Part shown: one piece after another, positions 22,497 to 32,290 of the stretch
Numbering within the stretch: position 1 is the first letter of the stretch
Layout: each line of letters opens with the position of its first letter
Source of the DNA: a virus
Lineage: Duplodnaviria > Heunggongvirae > Uroviricota > Caudoviricetes > Crassvirales
Direction: 5' to 3' (one strand)
IMG/VR virus record: IMGVR_UViG_3300035495_000018
Coordinates: 24,104 to 88,103 of that record
Length of the DNA: 64,000 bases
Notes under the pieces: model-generated
Database searches by the model: none
What the model was told of the DNA's origin: nothing
Seen by the model: only the letters and a program-made list of their open reading frames with translations
Position numbers and translations under genes: made by a program

Positions 22497-22540
22497 TAAA
22501 AAAAAATAAAGGGTAGGCAGGATTTACCTACCTACCCATT
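22497..22540 (-). terminator. Rho-independent terminator after the 22544..22798 gene
   Basis: GGGTAGG...CCTACCC 7-bp stem followed (minus sense) by ttattttttttt. Confidence 0.6.
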
Positions 22541-22543
22541 GGT

Positions 22544-22798
22544 TTAAGCTTTTTTAATGGCATCAACCTCAGACTTAAGAAGAATTTTCTTCTTAGCCAA
22601 GATTTCTACTAGTTTGTTAAATGGTGAAGCACCTACTGCACTAATAGGCTCAAGAGCTGCAACTGCTTTGTCAATTACAGCTTTAAGTTCTTCATTGCTA
22701 CAAACAGTATAATTCTTACCATAAATAGCTTTTACTTCATCTTTTAAATTAAGATTGATGATGTCATTGTACAGCTGTTTTCTGTTTAATTTAGTCAT
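22544..22798 (-). CDS. hypothetical protein
   Basis: 84-aa ORF followed by a terminator. Confidence 0.5.
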   Translation of the reverse strand: MTKLNRKQLYNDIINLNLKDEVKAIYGKNYTVCSNEELKAVIDKAVAALEPISAVGASPFNKLVEILAKKKILLKSEVDAIKKA

Positions 22799-23778
22799 TT
22801 GAATAGATTTAAAATTGTTTGTTTAAATTGTTCTTTATTGTGGAGAATCTTGAAATAATCAGAGACATCTTTTCCACCTTCAAATTGAGGTAATACAATA
22901 TTAATGAAACCTGTTTTTTCAGATAGATGTTTAGCATCCTCTAAGCCTGGAGGGTCATTATCTAAGAGTATATATACATTCTTAAATCTTCTTTTAAGTT
23001 CATTAATAGCTGTATTACTTATACCATATCCCTCACCTTGTATAGCCAAGGCTGGAATACCTGTATTAGCATAAAGACACAAAGCATCTTTCAAAGATGA
23101 GCATATACATACTTTATCACCTTCTTTAGGTACTTTAGTCCATAGACTTATAACAGACCTATCATGTCTGTTGGCCCACTTGAATCCTCTCTTATTGAAT
23201 GGCTGATATATCTTTAAAGTAGTTCTACCTTCTTTAAATTCTACATAAGCATAGGCATATTTATCAGCTGCAAAAGCATAACTGATGTTATCCTTAATCA
23301 CTATTTTATGTGATATAGGATAAACATCAGCATACTTAAGCCAACTGAGTGTTATACCATAGGACTCCCAGTAAGCTAGGTCATAATCCCTCCATTCCCT
23401 AATCTTACATTGTAAGTCAATTCCAGAGCCTACTCTTACTGGTGTCCTATTAGCATAACTACCTTTACCAACAGAGATATTCAAATTACAATCTCCCATA
23501 TCATTAGCTATTCTCCTTTTAGCTTCTACAAAACTACAGTTCCACATTTGCATTAATAAGTCTATTATACTTCCATGCTCTCTGGTACTATAATCTATAA
23601 AGCCAACTTCTTCCCCATTGTTAGAGAATAGACTGAATGATGGTTTATTATCCTTTCTTAGTGGGCTCTTAATCAAACATGGAATAGACTTTATTCCAAG
23701 ATAATAAGCAGCAATATCTGCTTGTCTTATCTTAGATATATCTATATATTCACTTGATTTAGTGCCCTTACTAATCAT
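22795..23778 (-). CDS. DnaG-like DNA primase (zinc-binding + TOPRIM)
   Basis: N-terminal CP..KDNKPSFSLF zinc-finger-like region; TOPRIM YILLDNDPPG and EGGKDVSDY. Confidence 0.7.
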   Translation of the reverse strand: MISKGTKSSEYIDISKIRQADIAAYYLGIKSIPCLIKSPLRKDNKPSFSLFSNNGEEVGFIDYSTREHGSIIDLLMQMWNCSFVEAKRRIANDMGDCNLNISVGKGSYANRTPVRVGSGIDLQCKIREWRDYDLAYWESYGITLSWLKYADVYPISHKIVIKDNISYAFAADKYAYAYVEFKEGRTTLKIYQPFNKRGFKWANRHDRSVISLWTKVPKEGDKVCICSSLKDALCLYANTGIPALAIQGEGYGISNTAINELKRRFKNVYILLDNDPPGLEDAKHLSEKTGFINIVLPQFEGGKDVSDYFKILHNKEQFKQTILNLFK

Positions 23779-23788
23779 AACTACTTAT

Positions 23789-24721
23789 TTAGTTCCAAGG
23801 AGAAGAACTTTCAGATGTGCTGAAAGGAAGTTCATCAGTAGGAGCTGCCTCTGTGGTAGGAGTAAATGTAGTTGCTTCTACAGAATACTCATGTACAGGA
23901 GCTGCTGAATACTCAGTATTAAGAGTCCTACCATTAGCTGCTGCATTTTGAATCATCTCTTGAAGCTCTTTATCAAGAGTGCTATAGTTATTAGCTGAGT
24001 TTCGCAAGAATTTCCTTGTATATACAGCTTGATAAAGTCTTCCAGTTTCTGCATCAGTTCTTACACCAAGCATAATTTTAACCTTATTAGTAGGTTGGAA
24101 GCCAAGTGCATCTTTAATCTCAGAGAAGTCTCCTTTGAAGATTTTGTCAAGGCTATCAAACCTACATTCACATTCCTCAGGTTTAACTTTAGTATTGGGG
24201 ACCATTTTCTTAAGATTGGCATCCCATGTAGTTACACTAGGAATACAAAGATAAGCCTTTACAAACTCCATGAGTTCTTCTTCTCCTACATAAGCAGGCC
24301 TATAGTCCTTATCAATGTCAGCAGGACCATTAGAATAAACAGGAATAGCTTTAGCTGCAAGCTCTTCAGCTGTAGCCCATGCAGTCCTACCATACTTATC
24401 AATTACTTGAGTTTTACCTGATGTAGCACCTACTCTAGGCCTATTTTGCAAGAACAAAGCCATAGTTACAAGAGGCATTTCAAAGCCTACTTTCTCTGTG
24501 TCAGGTTGGAATACAATTTGAATTCTTGCATTACCATACTCATTACCATCACTATCTGTTACTTTACCAAGATAATTAGGAGCTTCATCCAATGTAGTAT
24601 TAAACAAAGACTCATGTTCTGCTTTATCAGGATTTACTGCTTTAATAAATACAGGAGCTACACCTACATATCTTTTAAACTCCTGAGCTTCTTTTGATTC
24701 TGAACCTTTAGCAATTGCCAT
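23789..24721 (-). CDS. Putative ssDNA-binding protein
   Basis: 310 aa, acidic C-terminal tail ending DELPF like the SSB DDDIPF tail; position in replication module. Confidence 0.35.
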   Translation of the reverse strand: MAIAKGSESKEAQEFKRYVGVAPVFIKAVNPDKAEHESLFNTTLDEAPNYLGKVTDSDGNEYGNARIQIVFQPDTEKVGFEMPLVTMALFLQNRPRVGATSGKTQVIDKYGRTAWATAEELAAKAIPVYSNGPADIDKDYRPAYVGEEELMEFVKAYLCIPSVTTWDANLKKMVPNTKVKPEECECRFDSLDKIFKGDFSEIKDALGFQPTNKVKIMLGVRTDAETGRLYQAVYTRKFLRNSANNYSTLDKELQEMIQNAAANGRTLNTEYSAAPVHEYSVEATTFTPTTEAAPTDELPFSTSESSSPWN

Positions 24722-24749
24722 AGTTGTATATTTTTATTTGTTGTTAATA

Positions 24750-25148
24750 TTAATAAATTGTGTTATTAGCTACTTCTGTAACTTCCTCTTCTTCTACTTC
24801 TGATACTGCTTCTTCAGTAGCACTTTGACCTACTGTTTCTTCAACAGGAGGAATGATTGTATCAGGATAAATAAACTCATAACTGGTTTGTTTAATAACA
24901 TTACCATTCTTATCAAGTTTATCAGTAGCAGTTACTACTTTCTTGATAATGTCTTCAGTACCATAGCCACCAGTCATAGCTTTAGTAGGAGCATCAGTCA
25001 GCTCAATAAGGTTAAGTACTTCTGCAAGCTCTGCATCAATTTCTTGCTTTTTAGCTTCAAGTTTGTTCTTCTTTTGAATAAACTGGTCTACATTTTGAGC
25101 TGTTCTTTTCAATCTTGCCAGCTCGAATTTTGTGAATTTCTTTTCCAT
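24750..25148 (-). CDS. Coiled-coil hypothetical protein
   Basis: 132-aa ORF, E/K-rich heptads. Confidence 0.45.
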   Translation of the reverse strand: MEKKFTKFELARLKRTAQNVDQFIQKKNKLEAKKQEIDAELAEVLNLIELTDAPTKAMTGGYGTEDIIKKVVTATDKLDKNGNVIKQTSYEFIYPDTIIPPVEETVGQSATEEAVSEVEEEEVTEVANNTIY

Positions 25149-25157
25149 TTTTTGTAA

Positions 25158-25967
25158 TTATTTGTTGTTAATAAATATTTTAGAGGCATCAAATTTTACC
25201 TCATTATTTTCATTTGATTCTGCTACAAGTATCTTTTGACCTCTGAGATGAGGACATCTAGCTTCTTTAATGGTATTATCTCCACCCTCAAAAGATACAT
25301 AAGTTTTATTACCATCTCTATAGATAAGACCTATTGCATCAGCTTCTCCACATATAATATCTGCTGATTTACCAGCTAAGTCTACTGCCATTTCTGACAT
25401 CTCTTGACCATCTTTTCTGATTTGTTTATCCTTTACATGAGTTACTAAGATTAGTGTCTCACATAGAGGTTTATACATATCAATAAGATACCTTAGAGCC
25501 TTACGTAAATAGGTGTAACCCGCTCCATTAGGTAAAGTCCTTACATCAGCCTTAGGGTCAGTAAGTGGCTTCCCTGTCTTAGGGTCTTTAACTGGCATAC
25601 CTTTGGCATCTTTAAGTAGTCCATAACCCTGTCCCATAGCAGTATTTCTATACATCTCAGCTGCAAGAACAAGACTCATTTCTTCAAGTCTAGTGGCATT
25701 ATCAATAGTGATAAACCTATAAGGAGCTCTCTTTAGTTCTTTACCTTTTGCTAGAATAGCTGCCTTAATTTCTTCAAGGTCTTTTACACTCCTAGCCTGT
25801 ACTTTCATTACTGAGAGAGCTCTATAGCCATCTTCCAAATCAATGATAAGATTATCATCAATAGCTGCTACTAATGAGGACTTTCCCTGTTTGGGTCTGC
25901 CCATAAGAATTAATAGCTTTGGATTGTAGTTTGTAACTACACTTCTTTCTGTTGGTAATTCAATCAT
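25158..25967 (-). CDS. P-loop NTPase (RecA-like/Sak4-like or helicase loader)
   Basis: Walker A GRPKQGKSS, Walker B hhhhD (IIDLED). Confidence 0.5.
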   Translation of the reverse strand: MIELPTERSVVTNYNPKLLILMGRPKQGKSSLVAAIDDNLIIDLEDGYRALSVMKVQARSVKDLEEIKAAILAKGKELKRAPYRFITIDNATRLEEMSLVLAAEMYRNTAMGQGYGLLKDAKGMPVKDPKTGKPLTDPKADVRTLPNGAGYTYLRKALRYLIDMYKPLCETLILVTHVKDKQIRKDGQEMSEMAVDLAGKSADIICGEADAIGLIYRDGNKTYVSFEGGDNTIKEARCPHLRGQKILVAESNENNEVKFDASKIFINNK

Positions 25968-26364
25968 TTTTAAATATATTTGTTACTTTACTCCACATCA
26001 TCATAAGTGTGGAAATTTTCTTTTTCTTGTTATCCTCCATAAATTTATATACTTTGTACATCTCAGCATGGTCATCTGCTCTAGGTAGCTCTGAGAAAGA
26101 AGAAACTGCACCATCAAAGTAGAGAGGACATATGTTGCCATTAGCTCCATAATCTCTATCTTCAAGGATTTCCATAAATCTAATATGGTTCTTGAATTTA
26201 GTAATATCATATCCTTCATACTCTGTTAAACCATACTTAAAAGGACTATATAAACCAATTACCATATTAGCATCTCTAGTAGTAGTCTTAGCATCAGCTA
26301 AGCCATCTGAAGTTGGTTTAATCCTATTTAGTTTAAATGACTCATTGCCTTCTTTGTCTTGCAT
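25960..26364 (-). CDS. DnaB-like replicative helicase, 3' exon (C-terminal part)
   Basis: LNRIKPTSDGLADAKTTTRDANMVIGLY matches DnaB motif H4/Arg-finger region (QLNR..P.LSDLRESGxIEQDAD..FLYR). Confidence 0.65.
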   Translation of the reverse strand: MQDKEGNESFKLNRIKPTSDGLADAKTTTRDANMVIGLYSPFKYGLTEYEGYDITKFKNHIRFMEILEDRDYGANGNICPLYFDGAVSSFSELPRADDHAEMYKVYKFMEDNKKKKISTLMMMWSKVTNIFKND

Positions 26365-27470
26365 ATGTTAATATATAGGCTCTTTATCCTATATTTCTTC
26401 TTTTTTCAAAGAAGTGTCGGACTATATCTTCACTATAAAGTGTGGGATTCTCGTGTCTCTATTATATTCTACAAAGTAGTTTCAAGAGTTAGTCTCTGAA
26501 CCTTCAAATAGCTTTTACACTATAAGCTCGGCTGCTGATTGGCATATATCTCTACTTAGCTTTCCAGCAATTCTTCCCATTTATCCAGACCCAATTTATT
26601 ATTCAATTAATTTATATCTCATTGATTCACATATATAAGGCTTTATTATATTAGTAAATAGTTCTCTACTTTTTGCTAATATATAGATAGTAGGCTTATT
26701 TTTCATCATGTTTATAGATGAATGTATGCCAAATTTATCTAATAGAAGTTTCTGTAAAAATATTACATCTTCTATATTAAAACCTTCTGTATGTAAATAG
26801 TAAGAACAATTATTTTTAGAACCATCATCCATAAACCATATAGCTAAACTCAATGCTGTAAAATGCTCTTTTATATTTGTAGGTACTACTTTCTTATTAT
26901 TTGGATACCATAAATCCCTCCAATAATTAAAAGTAATACTTCTAGATATTCTTATATCACATCTACCATTACAAACACAAGTTCTATTTCCAATTACATG
27001 AGTAAAAGCTTCAGGATTCTCAGTATAATTAACTTTCAACCCTTCTTTCTCTAACAGAGATTTTAGATATAATGTATATTCCCTCTGTTTATAAGAATGT
27101 CCACAAGTAATTGTACTATTTAATATTTTAACTGCCTCACAATTTCTATTATATTTGGTTATAGAAGAATCTCCTAGAAGAGTACCTATTAATATAGATT
27201 TTGCTATATCTGTTAAAATAATTGGATGGTTCCTATCAGTATTATTTAATTTCTGTTGAGCTACTCTGTCTCTATAGATTCCTAACTTATTAAAATAATA
27301 CTGAATTGTTGATTTTGAACATCCTATCTTTTTAGCTATATCTTTATAAGACATTGTAGGATATTCTTTTAATATCTCCTTAATTTGTTCTTCTGTATTC
27401 ATAATTTTTTTCTATAGGTATTAATTATGATACAAAGATAATAAATAAAATTGAATTATGCAAACGTAAA
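26345..27470 (-). mobile_element. Group I intron carrying a LAGLIDADG homing endonuclease, inserted in the DnaB-like helicase gene (boundaries approximate)
   Basis: Conserved core elements on minus sense: R GTTCAGAGACTA (plus ~26470-26487) and S AAGATATAGTCC (plus ~26420-26431); splits helicase between motif H4 halves. Confidence 0.7.
26599..27402 (-). CDS. LAGLIDADG homing endonuclease with N-terminal HTH
   Basis: Two LAGLIDADG motifs: LIGTLLGDSS and LAIWFMDDGS. Confidence 0.8.
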   Translation of the reverse strand: MNTEEQIKEILKEYPTMSYKDIAKKIGCSKSTIQYYFNKLGIYRDRVAQQKLNNTDRNHPIILTDIAKSILIGTLLGDSSITKYNRNCEAVKILNSTITCGHSYKQREYTLYLKSLLEKEGLKVNYTENPEAFTHVIGNRTCVCNGRCDIRISRSITFNYWRDLWYPNNKKVVPTNIKEHFTALSLAIWFMDDGSKNNCSYYLHTEGFNIEDVIFLQKLLLDKFGIHSSINMMKNKPTIYILAKSRELFTNIIKPYICESMRYKLIE

Positions 27471-28261
27471 GCCTGGTGCTGAATCATTACTATAGTATAT
27501 TTTAGTTGGTCTCTAAGAGTAATAAAATACTTTGACATCTTTTCTATAGTTTCCCTTTTACTTAGACCACTTTCTTGAGATAAATTAGAGGCATTATCAA
27601 GTATCACTATTCTATACTCTTCTGAATCATTAGGAGTATAAGGATTAACAGTATCTACTATCTTTTTGTCTTCTAACTCTCCTGTAATTGGATGTGGTAC
27701 TTTAATAGTCTTAAAGTTAAGATGTCCATTCTCTAAGGCTACTTCTCTACATTTCTTGTTTATCCCAGTTGGATTTCTAATGTCATCAATATAAGTAACT
27801 ACTTCATTGAATTTTCTAATATACATTTGATACTTCTCAGTTTCTAATAGACTAAGTACTTCTTCAGATACAGGATGGTCTTTATCAGTACTTTCAATAT
27901 CTGCATTAGTGTATCTAAGATTATCAAGTCTATATAATAAGTGACAAAGAAACTCTATATATTTCTTTCTTGGGCTCTCTTCAAGGCAGAAATATAATAT
28001 CTTCAATCTAACCTCAGGATGTTTTATAATAAAATCTATAGCTTCATATACATATACAAAGTCACAGAATTTAGTTTTACCTACCTTTTGGTTAGCTGTA
28101 CATATTATATACCTTCCCATTTGAGTTCCTGGAAATAATGTACGGAACCTTGGAAATGGCCAGGGAATACAGTTATATAAGCCACTTATGGCTCTTTCTC
28201 TTTTATCTTTTAAATAAGATAGTACTTCTTCAAAATAACTCATACCATTGTAGACATCCAA
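27425..28261 (-). CDS. DnaB-like replicative helicase, 5' exon (Walker A/B); last ~15 codons probably intron read-through
   Basis: Walker A TANQKVGKTKF, Walker B IVILDNASNL, H3/H4-like LKYTIVMIQHQ. Confidence 0.65.
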   Translation of the reverse strand: MDVYNGMSYFEEVLSYLKDKRERAISGLYNCIPWPFPRFRTLFPGTQMGRYIICTANQKVGKTKFCDFVYVYEAIDFIIKHPEVRLKILYFCLEESPRKKYIEFLCHLLYRLDNLRYTNADIESTDKDHPVSEEVLSLLETEKYQMYIRKFNEVVTYIDDIRNPTGINKKCREVALENGHLNFKTIKVPHPITGELEDKKIVDTVNPYTPNDSEEYRIVILDNASNLSQESGLSKRETIEKMSKYFITLRDQLKYTIVMIQHQALRLHNSILFIIFVS

Positions 28262-28845
28262 TCATCTTTAAGTGACTTCTCATGTCCTTCATTCTCTATA
28301 TATGCAGCAAGGTCTGAAACTTCTTCAATATATCCAACACCTTCAGAATCTACCTTCTTTTCATTCTTGCATATAAAGTATTTAAGTACTCTCATAAACT
28401 GGTATCTTCCATTAAAAGAACTAACATATCTCTGTGTAGCAGATATTAATTGTTCATCAGTGTACTTATTACCATAGAGCTTAAAGAACTTCTGTAGTTT
28501 AAGAGTAACATCTCTTATGTTTCCTCTCCAATATTGACAAGTACCTTCCTTTCTACCTTCTGGGAAGCATTCCATAAGGGATTTAGCTAGTTTATTCAGC
28601 CTTTCTCCTTTTGGAACACTTTCATCAGCAGTAAGCAAGGCACTATCACAAAGGTCATTCCATCGCTGAGTTACTAGTAGAGTTTTACCCATAAGGGTAT
28701 GTTCCTCTACTAGTACTTGTTTCTCCTTCATGTCCTTTACAAGCTCTTCTATACTTGCTCCAGTTCTTACAAGGAGAATCATTAGAGTCTCAGCAACAGA
28801 TAGATTAACCTTTTTGCAGGCATCCTCATCTATTGTAAACTTCAT
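28240..28845 (-). CDS. hypothetical protein
   Basis: 201-aa ORF. Confidence 0.45.
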   Translation of the reverse strand: MKFTIDEDACKKVNLSVAETLMILLVRTGASIEELVKDMKEKQVLVEEHTLMGKTLLVTQRWNDLCDSALLTADESVPKGERLNKLAKSLMECFPEGRKEGTCQYWRGNIRDVTLKLQKFFKLYGNKYTDEQLISATQRYVSSFNGRYQFMRVLKYFICKNEKKVDSEGVGYIEEVSDLAAYIENEGHEKSLKDDWMSTMV

Positions 28846-30023
28846 ATTTCTATTTCTTCTATTTTACTGATTGTAGTAACTAAGTCAGGATTGTAATCCT
28901 CAAGCATAATCTGAACTAACTCTACCTCTCTTGTATCCTGATAATAAGGAACAATGATAACAGGTTTAGGGTGTCTCAATAATCTACCCATCCTCTGTTT
29001 GATGATAGCTTCAGAACTGTTGAGGTTAGCATAGATGCCTACCTGACAATTAACAAGGTTCATACCCTCATTAAGCATATTGCAGGCTGTAATGTGGTCA
29101 ATCTTACCACTATTAAAGTCCTCCAGGTATTGCACTGAATCAGCATTCTTGCTATTAATGCAATACTCACCGAGCAACTCTGTTTGCTCTATGCTATTAC
29201 AGAATGTTAATGTCCTGTACTTAGTAAGAGTGGGGAGAAGTTGGTGCATATACTTGACTTTCTTATCACTTAACCACTTGAGTCTGTCTGCACACACTCT
29301 GAGCCACTTGTTCTTAGCTATTGGACTCTTTGTTCTAAGGTATGTCTTCTTCCAATACTCTATCTGACCACAAAGGTCACAGTAGTATTGTTGTTCAGTA
29401 CAATAAATCCTTACTGGATGAGTCTTTTGCTTAATGTAATTCCATCTTTCAGCCCAGCTGCACTCATAGGCTCTACCTTTAGCCTTAGGATTTTTCCATA
29501 TAGACTCAGTAGGCAAATCAGTTCTAAGCTTAAGAGGCCACAAGTAAACTCTTGGGTCAGGTAATATATCTTCATCAATGACATCTCTAAGGTCTCTCTT
29601 ATATGACACTAAGTCATTAAACAGACCATTGAGTTCATCTTTGAGATTCTTGGTTACAGTAGCAGAGCATAACACAGCATGCTTGATTTCAAAGTCCTGT
29701 AGAACCTCTCTGCATCTCTCTGACAAATGATGACACTCATCAAAGATTACAAAGTCCCACTTCTTTTGCATCTTAGGGAATGATACATAGGTTGTGTACA
29801 TTAAGCTGAGTTGGCAATCAGGCCACCACTTTATTATCTCCTCATGCCAATTTGCTTTATGTACATTCCTAGGCACTACTATAAGCATAGTTCCCTTATT
29901 GTGTGATATTTTCTTTACTACTTCAAGAGCCATTCGGCTTTTACCTGTGCCTGTGGCTAGTTCTAAGAGCCAGTTAGCTCCTTTAAGAGAGAGAATCTCT
30001 CTCAACATGTCTTCTCTTGTCAT
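28842..30023 (-). CDS. SF2 (DEAD/DEAH-like) helicase
   Basis: Walker A LATGTGKS, motif II DECH, C-terminal helicase motifs. Confidence 0.7.
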   Translation of the reverse strand: MTREDMLREILSLKGANWLLELATGTGKSRMALEVVKKISHNKGTMLIVVPRNVHKANWHEEIIKWWPDCQLSLMYTTYVSFPKMQKKWDFVIFDECHHLSERCREVLQDFEIKHAVLCSATVTKNLKDELNGLFNDLVSYKRDLRDVIDEDILPDPRVYLWPLKLRTDLPTESIWKNPKAKGRAYECSWAERWNYIKQKTHPVRIYCTEQQYYCDLCGQIEYWKKTYLRTKSPIAKNKWLRVCADRLKWLSDKKVKYMHQLLPTLTKYRTLTFCNSIEQTELLGEYCINSKNADSVQYLEDFNSGKIDHITACNMLNEGMNLVNCQVGIYANLNSSEAIIKQRMGRLLRHPKPVIIVPYYQDTREVELVQIMLEDYNPDLVTTISKIEEIEI

Positions 30024-30504
30024 ACTTCTTGTTTACTATAATCTTGAGTTTCTTTGTATAGTGAGGGTCAGTTGCATAACCAATCCTCCTTAAAAATGTA
30101 TAATAGTCCTCTGAGGGAGGCTTCCATCTCTTCTGTACCCACTCCTTATAGGCTACAACACTCTCAGCCCAATGGTCAAACCTGCAATATCTATTGGCAC
30201 TACTATTATATAGACCAAATAAGTTGTTATGTTCAATACAACCTACTGACTTAAAGTGCCCTGTTTCAAGTATTGCCTGTGCATATACTATCTCAGGATG
30301 TTTAATGTCATAATAGATGAGGGCATCCATTAAGCCCTCTTGTGCAGATAGACTAAAGAACTCAGGTACTGTGTCCTCAGGAGTAGCTATTGTTGCTTCT
30401 GTATGAGTATTGGCACTACTCTTATGAGTTATATAAGTTATAGCACCTACACCTACACTGAGAACCAACAATACCTTAATACAATTCATTACTCTTTGCT
30501 TCAT
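29983..30504 (-). CDS. Peptidoglycan hydrolase, glucosaminidase (FlgJ-like) domain with N-terminal signal anchor
   Basis: AQAILETGHF...NNLFGL signature of mannosyl-glycoprotein endo-beta-N-acetylglucosaminidase family. Confidence 0.65.
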   Translation of the reverse strand: MKQRVMNCIKVLLVLSVGVGAITYITHKSSANTHTEATIATPEDTVPEFFSLSAQEGLMDALIYYDIKHPEIVYAQAILETGHFKSVGCIEHNNLFGLYNSSANRYCRFDHWAESVVAYKEWVQKRWKPPSEDYYTFLRRIGYATDPHYTKKLKIIVNKKYDKRRHVERDSLS

Positions 30505-30609
30505 TGTATTTCTTATTTAAGGGGTTGAACTAACTTGAGCCAGTTCCACTATGTTTAAGTAGCCCTAAGGCTACCAAACATAGTATTAGAGCTATTATCC
30601 AAACAGTAA

Positions 30610-30828
30610 TCATTTAGAAATATCCCTAAATAGTGTTGGAACCTGACCATAGACAGGTAACTTGCCATCCCACTTCTCAATCCACATTTTCTCTAGGATT
30701 TGAGGAGTAAGGGCTTGCTGTTTAAGCCTATTGGCTTCTGCTTCTGCTTGTGCTGCAACAATAAGTTTCTTTGCATTAGCTTCTGCAACAGCTACCTCAT
30801 TCTGAGCTTGCTGAGCTCTTTGTATCAT
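30610..30828 (-). CDS. SPFH/band-7 protein, 3' exon (C-terminal coiled-coil part)
   Basis: AQQAQNEVAVAEANAKKLIVAAQAEAEANR resembles HflK/C-type C-terminal region; in-line with the 198-aa SPFH N-terminal ORF. Confidence 0.45.
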   Translation of the reverse strand: MIQRAQQAQNEVAVAEANAKKLIVAAQAEAEANRLKQQALTPQILEKMWIEKWDGKLPVYGQVPTLFRDISK

Positions 30829-30834
30829 TTATCT

Positions 30835-31790
30835 TCACATAACCACGCAACTAGTTATGCAGTTCTCTTATGAACTTCTATACATTACTGCATAGATGAG
30901 ACTATATCTTCACCCTCAACATTACTTGGTAGGGGTTTCCCATTTCCACCTGCATTAGCTTCAGATGTACTCTCTTTCGAGATAGTCGTTGAACCTTTAC
31001 TAATACTAAAGTTATATATTCTCTCTACTTGCTTTAAGAAATCTTCCTTTTGTTGAGTATGTTTCATATAATTACATATAGGACAGCAAGGAACACAATT
31101 ATCCACTTGATAACCTATATTAGGATTTATCCTATCTATGCCATTATACCTTATTGTAGGCTGATGAGTGTCTCCTCTTTTAACGAGAAGCTCCTTACTT
31201 GCTTCTCTAGGCTCTGCTCCACAATAATGGCATGGTTGTGATATTATATGATTAAACTCTTCAAATGTTAAATTAAAACTATGCTTCCTTGAAGCAGCAT
31301 TAGCTTTACTCGACCTATAAAGAAAATTTCTCAATCCATATTGAGATTCGTTACTGAATTTAGTTTGAACTCTACTACCTAGTTTATGCAGGTAAGCTCC
31401 TCCATAGAGAAACTCCTTACCAGTGTTCACATTTCTGCATTTCCACTTGGTTACATAACATTTTTCAGTAGGTATTCTTACCTCTTCAATAACTTCATAC
31501 ACTCCATAGACCTGTCCTACATGGACAGGATATTTAAGTGCATTCTTTTTAATACTTCTGTAATTAGTACTTGGCTGCTGATTTTCCATAAATAATTCAT
31601 TTTGATAATACAAAGATAAGCAAAATCTTTGAATTATGCAAATGAATAAATATGGATGTTCCAGCAATTAAGGAAATTTATTATCTTGCCTTTTCAAGCA
31701 AGGAGACCGTACATTTCAGCCTCATTCTTAGCATTGACAGCCTTTACAATAGTCTCTGGATATTTAAGACCTGAAGTAAGCTGTTCAAGT
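30835..31790 (-). mobile_element. Group I intron carrying an HNH homing endonuclease, splitting the SPFH gene (boundaries approximate)
   Basis: S-like element AAGATATAGTCT (plus 30898-30909) and R-like CCAGAGACTAT (plus ~31747-31757) bracket the HNH ORF, consistent with an ORF in the P8 loop. Confidence 0.5.
30885..31667 (-). CDS. HNH homing endonuclease
   Basis: CHYCG...NGIDRINPNIGYQVDNCVPCCPICN (HNH with Zn-binding Cys pairs). Confidence 0.75.
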   Translation of the reverse strand: MLEHPYLFICIIQRFCLSLYYQNELFMENQQPSTNYRSIKKNALKYPVHVGQVYGVYEVIEEVRIPTEKCYVTKWKCRNVNTGKEFLYGGAYLHKLGSRVQTKFSNESQYGLRNFLYRSSKANAASRKHSFNLTFEEFNHIISQPCHYCGAEPREASKELLVKRGDTHQPTIRYNGIDRINPNIGYQVDNCVPCCPICNYMKHTQQKEDFLKQVERIYNFSISKGSTTISKESTSEANAGGNGKPLPSNVEGEDIVSSMQ

Positions 31791-32290
31791 TGGAAGTTTT
31801 CCCTCAGCAATGCAGCAGACAAGTACCTCTCAATGGCATTCTCAATAGAATCCCTATTACTTACAATGTAGTCTGTAGTGAAATTGTTGAGCTGAATTCT
31901 GAAAGCATCCTTTACATAGTTATAGAGTGTTCCATTAATGACCTCACTAAGCTCTTTCCTGTATTTCTTGAATACAATAGGAGACTTACCATCTACAATC
32001 TTCAATGAGATAGTTGGGTCAACAGTAAACTCTGAACCATCCTTTGCATTGATAGTAAAGGGTTCATAGTCTACAGTCTGTACAAATGTAGGATACTCAT
32101 ACACAGATTGTGTAAAAGGATTGTACCATACTGCACCTGTACACATAGAAATGTCACCTACTCCCTTGTCATCACCATAAAGGTTTACAAGGATACCTTC
32201 ATGTCCCGCATCTATTCTTTCATAGCCACAAGAGGACATCATAAACACAGCCATAAAGGCCATGAGAAAACCTAGAATCTTTGTCTTCAT
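31694..32290 (-). CDS. SPFH/band-7 (prohibitin-like) lipoprotein, 5' exon
   Basis: Signal peptide plus lipobox MSSCG; ERIDAGHEGILV SPFH N-terminal motif. Confidence 0.5.
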   Translation of the reverse strand: MKTKILGFLMAFMAVFMMSSCGYERIDAGHEGILVNLYGDDKGVGDISMCTGAVWYNPFTQSVYEYPTFVQTVDYEPFTINAKDGSEFTVDPTISLKIVDGKSPIVFKKYRKELSEVINGTLYNYVKDAFRIQLNNFTTDYIVSNRDSIENAIERYLSAALLRENFQLEQLTSGLKYPETIVKAVNAKNEAEMYGLLA

